Shown: one piece after another, positions 59,289 to 64,000 of the stretch
Position numbering within the stretch: the first letter of the stretch is position 1
Layout of the letters: the number at the start of each line of letters is the position of its first letter
From: Phoronis australis
Taxonomy: Eukaryota; Animalia; Phoronida
Direction of reading: 5' to 3'
NCBI GenBank assembly: GCA_002633005.1
Contig: NMRA01000422.1
Coordinates: 248,001-312,000 of the forward strand
Length of the DNA: 64,000 nt
The notes under the pieces: model-generated
What the model was told of the DNA's origin: nothing
What the model saw: only the letters and a program-made list of their open reading frames with translations
The model's database searches: none
Translations under genes and position numbers: made by a program

Positions 59289-59524
59289 CAGAGGCGGATC
59301 TACAGGGGGGGTTCAGGGGGTTTAAACCCCCCCTCGGGACAGGATCAAAAATAAAAAACGGAAAAAATATCGCCAGAAAAACGAAATTAGCTACTAAAAA
59401 TCCCAAAAAATCTTACACGGGAGGAGGGAAACCCTCTCGCGACCTTCCTTCTCCTCGGCGTTACGCGCCTCGGATTCTTCCGAATCCTAAACCCCCCCTT
59501 ACTGAAATCGTAGATCTGCCACTG
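59289..59524. mobile_element. Small G/C-tract MITE (related elements at ~5648, ~27252, ~43478, ~48466-48760)
   Basis: TIR CAGAGGCGGATCTAC / GTAGATCTGCCACTG with GGGGG..CCCCC hairpins. Confidence 0.75.
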
Positions 59525-61234
59525 CCGGTTATATTGTCAGCCATGATCTATCATTATTCCGAATTTGTTGTCACTTTCGGAGTAAAAATCGTAACTAAGT
59601 TACAGCCTCCCTAGCCAGCAAGCGAGCTGTATGAAGGCTATCGTCAAAATACAGCTAGGTACAGTATATACCACTGTGCTCGAAATTGCACACAGCCCGG
59701 TTAGTTATGCTCGTCGTCTCGTTGTGAAACTTTGATCAAAAAGTAGAGCTGAAAACGATTAGAATTAATAATTCACGTGAAATGACGTTGATGGCGATTC
59801 GTTTATTATAGACACGGCGATACAATTGTGCTAAATGCATAATAATGCATACGTATTATCGCAATGAGCCATCAAAAACAACTCCTTGTTAAATAATCAG
59901 ATAGAATGTGCTCTCATTTAGAGAACCAAATTGAATATTCTCCATTGAATAGCGGTCAAAACTGGTTCCCAAAATGTAAGCACGTTCTAAGGGAATACTC
60001 GGAGCAATTATATAACATGCCACAGGTGTCAGCCCATTTCTCCGAGGGCCCACCTCTCTCAAAAAAGCACTACTCCGAAGGCTCACTCGAACTCCGAAAA
60101 ATAGAACACCGAAGGAACAACACTTCTCCGAAATTATGTTGCAGCTGTGGAATAGGCTTTTTGTATTTCTGATTATCGTCTCACAAAGCAAGTACTGGAA
60201 CATCACGTATAGAAAGGACAATTAGTTTAAATCTGGTTTTCGTATTTTACTAAGGTTGATCAGATTGAAACATTTTATGAATGGTTAGCCTGTGATTTGA
60301 AGAGAGCCAAAGTGAAACTGATGGGTCTTTTAGAGTCTGAATGGTGGGCTGACATTTTGTTAAACACAAGCTATCCGTATCATTTGCTTCTCAATGACAA
60401 ACACCTCTGTGAGTAAATTAGTTATCAACTTCAACGCATTTCCTTGGCAAAAAGAGCTGTTGTTTACTAGTGAATTAATAGAGAGTGAGAAGGTTGGTTA
60501 GATTTTCTTGTTGTATTGATGTATGTGTTGCTTATTTTGCACGTTTTTGGAGATTGAGATTAACCTAAGCCCCAGTTGTGGCTAGGTAACAAATATGATC
60601 TTGTGGTTTAGCTTTAGCTTTCCTGAAATATTTACTGTTATTGATAATATGAACAGTGGGTATAGAAAATAAAATTTTAGTTGCAGCTTTTTAATTCAGT
60701 TTTGTATGAAGTTGTGTGGCTAGTGAATATTTTTATTGCTGTTCAGTACCTTTTAACTTTTTTGTCATGACATTTTGAACTTGGACTAGTTACGAGTGGT
60801 GATATACTCAATGTGGGGGGGGGGCTCGAATTCCTGACGATGTAGACCTTTTGCTAACAAATGACTGGACGGACTAAAAAGAAAAAAAGAAATGGGACCA
60901 CCACTGTGAATTGTGCGTCTGCGTTTCTAAAGTTTATTGGACTTTTGTCCCATTTTCTCGGACTTTTTGTCTCTCGGGCGCGGACCTTTTTGCCCACTTC
61001 GCCCCCGAGTCCCCTGATTGCGCGCATGGGAGAGTGCGATCGAGTTTACCTATGCTGGCATGTCTAAAAAATAATGGGATGTTCTAAAACTATATTACGT
61101 TTCTGTGGTAGTGATGAATTGCTTTCTTCTTCTTACATGTGTAACACCCACTACAAAAACAATTGTTCGCATTGCTAGTATCCTGGTGCATTGAATAGGG
61201 AATAAATGCGAAATTGTTGGGTGGAGATGAAACC

Positions 61235-61878
61235 AGCAGTGAGCTGGGAGCAACATGTTTGTCAATGGTCAGGGGAGCAAACAAAATTTGTGACGATGGG
61301 AGGGGCTCAACACCCATGTGGCATACCCCATTGATTTTTACCTGTTTAGCACTGCTCCCATGTAACCCCCCTGGGAAGTGGTCAACACCCATTTGGCGCC
61401 CACCTGGTTTTTGCCTGGTACCCCCTTAGCTTTCACCGGAGGGGGAATTGCCCTCTGAGCCCCCAGGAGCAATCATTCAAATTTTGTAGTCCATGGAGGT
61501 ATGAGCTGTTATAAGGAAAGATAATGTGCCTTGTTAAGAACTCAAACATGAAACAAAACCGTGATATATTTTGAAGGGAGCTTCAAGAGAATAAAAACAA
61601 ATACACTTTAATATTGGTTAAAATACACATTTTCGTTCTCATTCGATTATAAGTGGATGTTAGTTTACGTATTTTAACCATTTTCAATCACACAGTAATT
61701 TTATTGCACGTTGAACGTCACTAAAATATGAATTCATCAGTGTTTACATTGTTCGGACTGCGCTCCTAAGTAAGTGGTGATTATTCACCGCTTGGAGCGC
61801 TAGTGTTTCGACCTGTAACCACTGCGGCGAATGGTCAAATGGCGGAGTGAACTCTCCTGTACTAGTAGTACACTCCTT
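61235..61878 (+). repeat. Dispersed repeat, copy 2
   Basis: Direct-orientation homologue of 52617-53135 with an internal extra segment. Confidence 0.75.
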
Positions 61879-62927
61879 GCTGTAAGCTATATGCCATAAA
61901 CTTATCTAAATTTGAGGAGTAGTCCATCACGTTTGATCTATTATGGCAAAGCCCTGGCCACACGACTCTGGAGACTCTTGAAAACGCTTTCTGTCACACG
62001 CATATTCATAACGTAGACACTAAATGTATAACCAAATTAACATTGCCTACAAGCGTGAGATTTTTTAAGAATGTCGTAATCACCGTATTCGTGTTAGAAG
62101 GTGAAAATACGACATCTTGTAAGCACAGCTACTGCACTTTTGTGAACATGCCGAAAAGCTAATGTTACGGTAGCACACCGCTCCCGAGGATTCTCGATAA
62201 AACGCTCTCGTGCTGGCCAATTTTTTATAATCGGGCGCATTTTTGGAAACTGAAAGGTCATTTTACATCAGGCCACGACAGATGTATGTCGCGTTTTAGG
62301 AACGCGACGGACCGGAAAAGCAGAACACTGGCAGGAGTTCGATTGATTTATATTTGGCCGAGTCCTCTGCTGTTAAACAACAGTAAAAGTGCCCATGTGT
62401 GAATTTTCTTCCTTCATTTCCCATCATCATGAGCGTGTGATAGCAGACCCGTGAGGAACTTTAAAAACGCCAACAGATGTAGTTTGGCTTAACACAAACA
62501 AAGAACAAGAGTGGACGGAGAAGTTGTCAAAAATACAGAGCTCTGTTTCCAATATGACACGGCGTAATATTCACCCGGAAGCAGCCAATCTTACAGAACT
62601 CGTTACCGTCACGCGTCAGTAAAGATCAAGTGAAAAGAAAACTTTCACGTCTTCTTACGTAACCAAAACTGGTTGCATGGACCATAATCTAATGTTCAAT
62701 TCAACCGCTTGCCTTAAATTGTATCAATTTAGATCGAGTAGTTCTACTCGATAACGGCACGTTCGGTTGCGTTACCTGACACCTGACGGTAGACGAAGCA
62801 AACACTGAATTATCATGCGCTCACACGGCCTCGGTACCCGCCAATTGCCTTTGTTGCCGGCATCAAAAGCCGGCTGGGTAACGCAGTGGTGTCAGATTAT
62901 AGTCTGACAGTACTATTGGTTGTATTG

Positions 62928-63646
62928 TTACTTGGCGAAATAAATTTCGCCAAGTATGTTGCTCTTCCACTAATTTTTTTTTTTTTTTATTTTTACTTGG
63001 CGAAATAAATTTCGCCAAGTATGTTGCTCTTCCACTAAGTTTTTACTTGGCGAAATAAATTTCGCCAAGTATGTTGCTCTTCCACTAAGTTTGTTTTTTT
63101 TTTTNNNNNNNNNNNNNNNNNNNNNNNNNNNNNNNNNNNNNNNNNNNNNNNNNNNNNNNNNNNNNNNNNNNNNNNNNNNNNNNNNNNNNNNNNNNNNNNN
63201 NNNNNNNNNNNNNNNNNNNNNNNNNNNNNNNNNNNNNNNNNNNNNNNNNNNNNNNNNNNNNNNNNNNNNNNNNNNNNNNNNNNNNNNNNNNNNNNNNNNN
63301 NNNNNNNNNNNNNTTCAATTGAACTAGACTGCAGCCTATTTCTTAATGATTTATGACATCTAAATTCGTCATATGAATGTTGTGATGTTGTTCATCATCG
63401 CCACCAACATCATCATATTCGTCATCATCGTCATCATCTTCGTCATCATCTCCGTCTTTTCCTTAATTTCGCCAAGTGTCGCTCAAGACTAGCCTTTTTC
63501 TTACTGATTTCGGACTCCTACGTTCGTCATGTGTATGTTATTAACTTCTTTTGTTCATCCTCACCACCATCTTCGTCATATTCGTCATCTTCGTCATCAT
63601 CTTTATCGTCATCTTTTTGGTTAATTTCGCCAAGGTTCGCTCCTCG
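62928..63646 (-). mobile_element. Second, inverted copy of the 17075-19683 repeat, spanning the assembly gap (N 63105-63313)
   Basis: Three tandem ACTTGGCGAAAT-AA-ATTTCGCCAAGT hairpin units; 63314-63646 is reverse-complementary to ~18520-18860. Confidence 0.85.
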
Positions 63647-63730
63647 TTTTGTTTTGTTATTCAGTTTGATTGGCATGACCCCTGAGTTAAGAACAATGAT
63701 TTTGTAATTTGTTTACTTCAGAATAGTATA

Positions 63731-63950
63731 GAACTTTCTAGAAGACTGAGGTCATAACAGTGATGATGTAATTTATTTACTACAATATAGTGTGAAACTT
63801 TCTAGAAGACTCTAGCATGACAGTGATTATTGCAGTCTGGAATATTCTAGAGACTAGTACATGTTTGTAGAATGGTTGGGTAGATTCAGGAAAGTTCTAG
63901 AATGTCATGAATTGATGAAAAGTTCCAGAACAATGCATTAGGCTATAAAT
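63731..63950 (+). promoter_or_regulatory. Heat-shock-element cluster plus TATA box (LTR-like or hsp-like promoter)
   Basis: GAActTTCtaGAA 63731-63743; TTCagGAAagTTCtaGAA 63885-63902; three further partial HSEs; TATAAAT 63944-63950. Confidence 0.7.
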
Positions 63951-64000
63951 ACACAAGCACGGTTTTGTGTTAGTCAGATCAAGTCAGTTCAAGAGAAGAG

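Noticed and set aside
63085-63327. ORFs of X residues
   Set aside because: Assembly gap (N 63105-63313)

Overview
Repeat-rich eukaryotic (animal, probably marine invertebrate) genomic DNA; most entries in the ORF track are spurious. Main gene: a + strand spliced gene entering at the left edge (exons 1-37976). Its CUB domains run collinear, linker by linker, with cubilin CUB19-24 as I recall the human sequence. Instead of continuing into CUB25-27, it splices in frame to one exon with five TSP1 repeats, a transmembrane exon and a 116-aa Tyr-rich cytoplasmic tail. This predicts a cubilin-derived single-pass receptor; the second-half exon of the CUB23-like domain could not be found. A decayed tandem copy of the TSP1 and TM exons lies at 46.4-51.9 kb. 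An intronless LRR-LRRCT-Ig gene with a GPI-type C-terminus lies on the - strand (57889-55175), and a MITE has rewritten its last codons. Introns and intergenic DNA hold a dead Gmr1-type (SCAN-like gag, PR-IN order) Gypsy element with heat-shock elements in its LTRs and two nested insertions, plus Kolobok elements (one with THAP remnants), LINE fragments with TSDs, MITEs, a 44-bp minisatellite and palindromic arrays. An HSE cluster with a TATA box sits at the right edge next to a 209-N gap.
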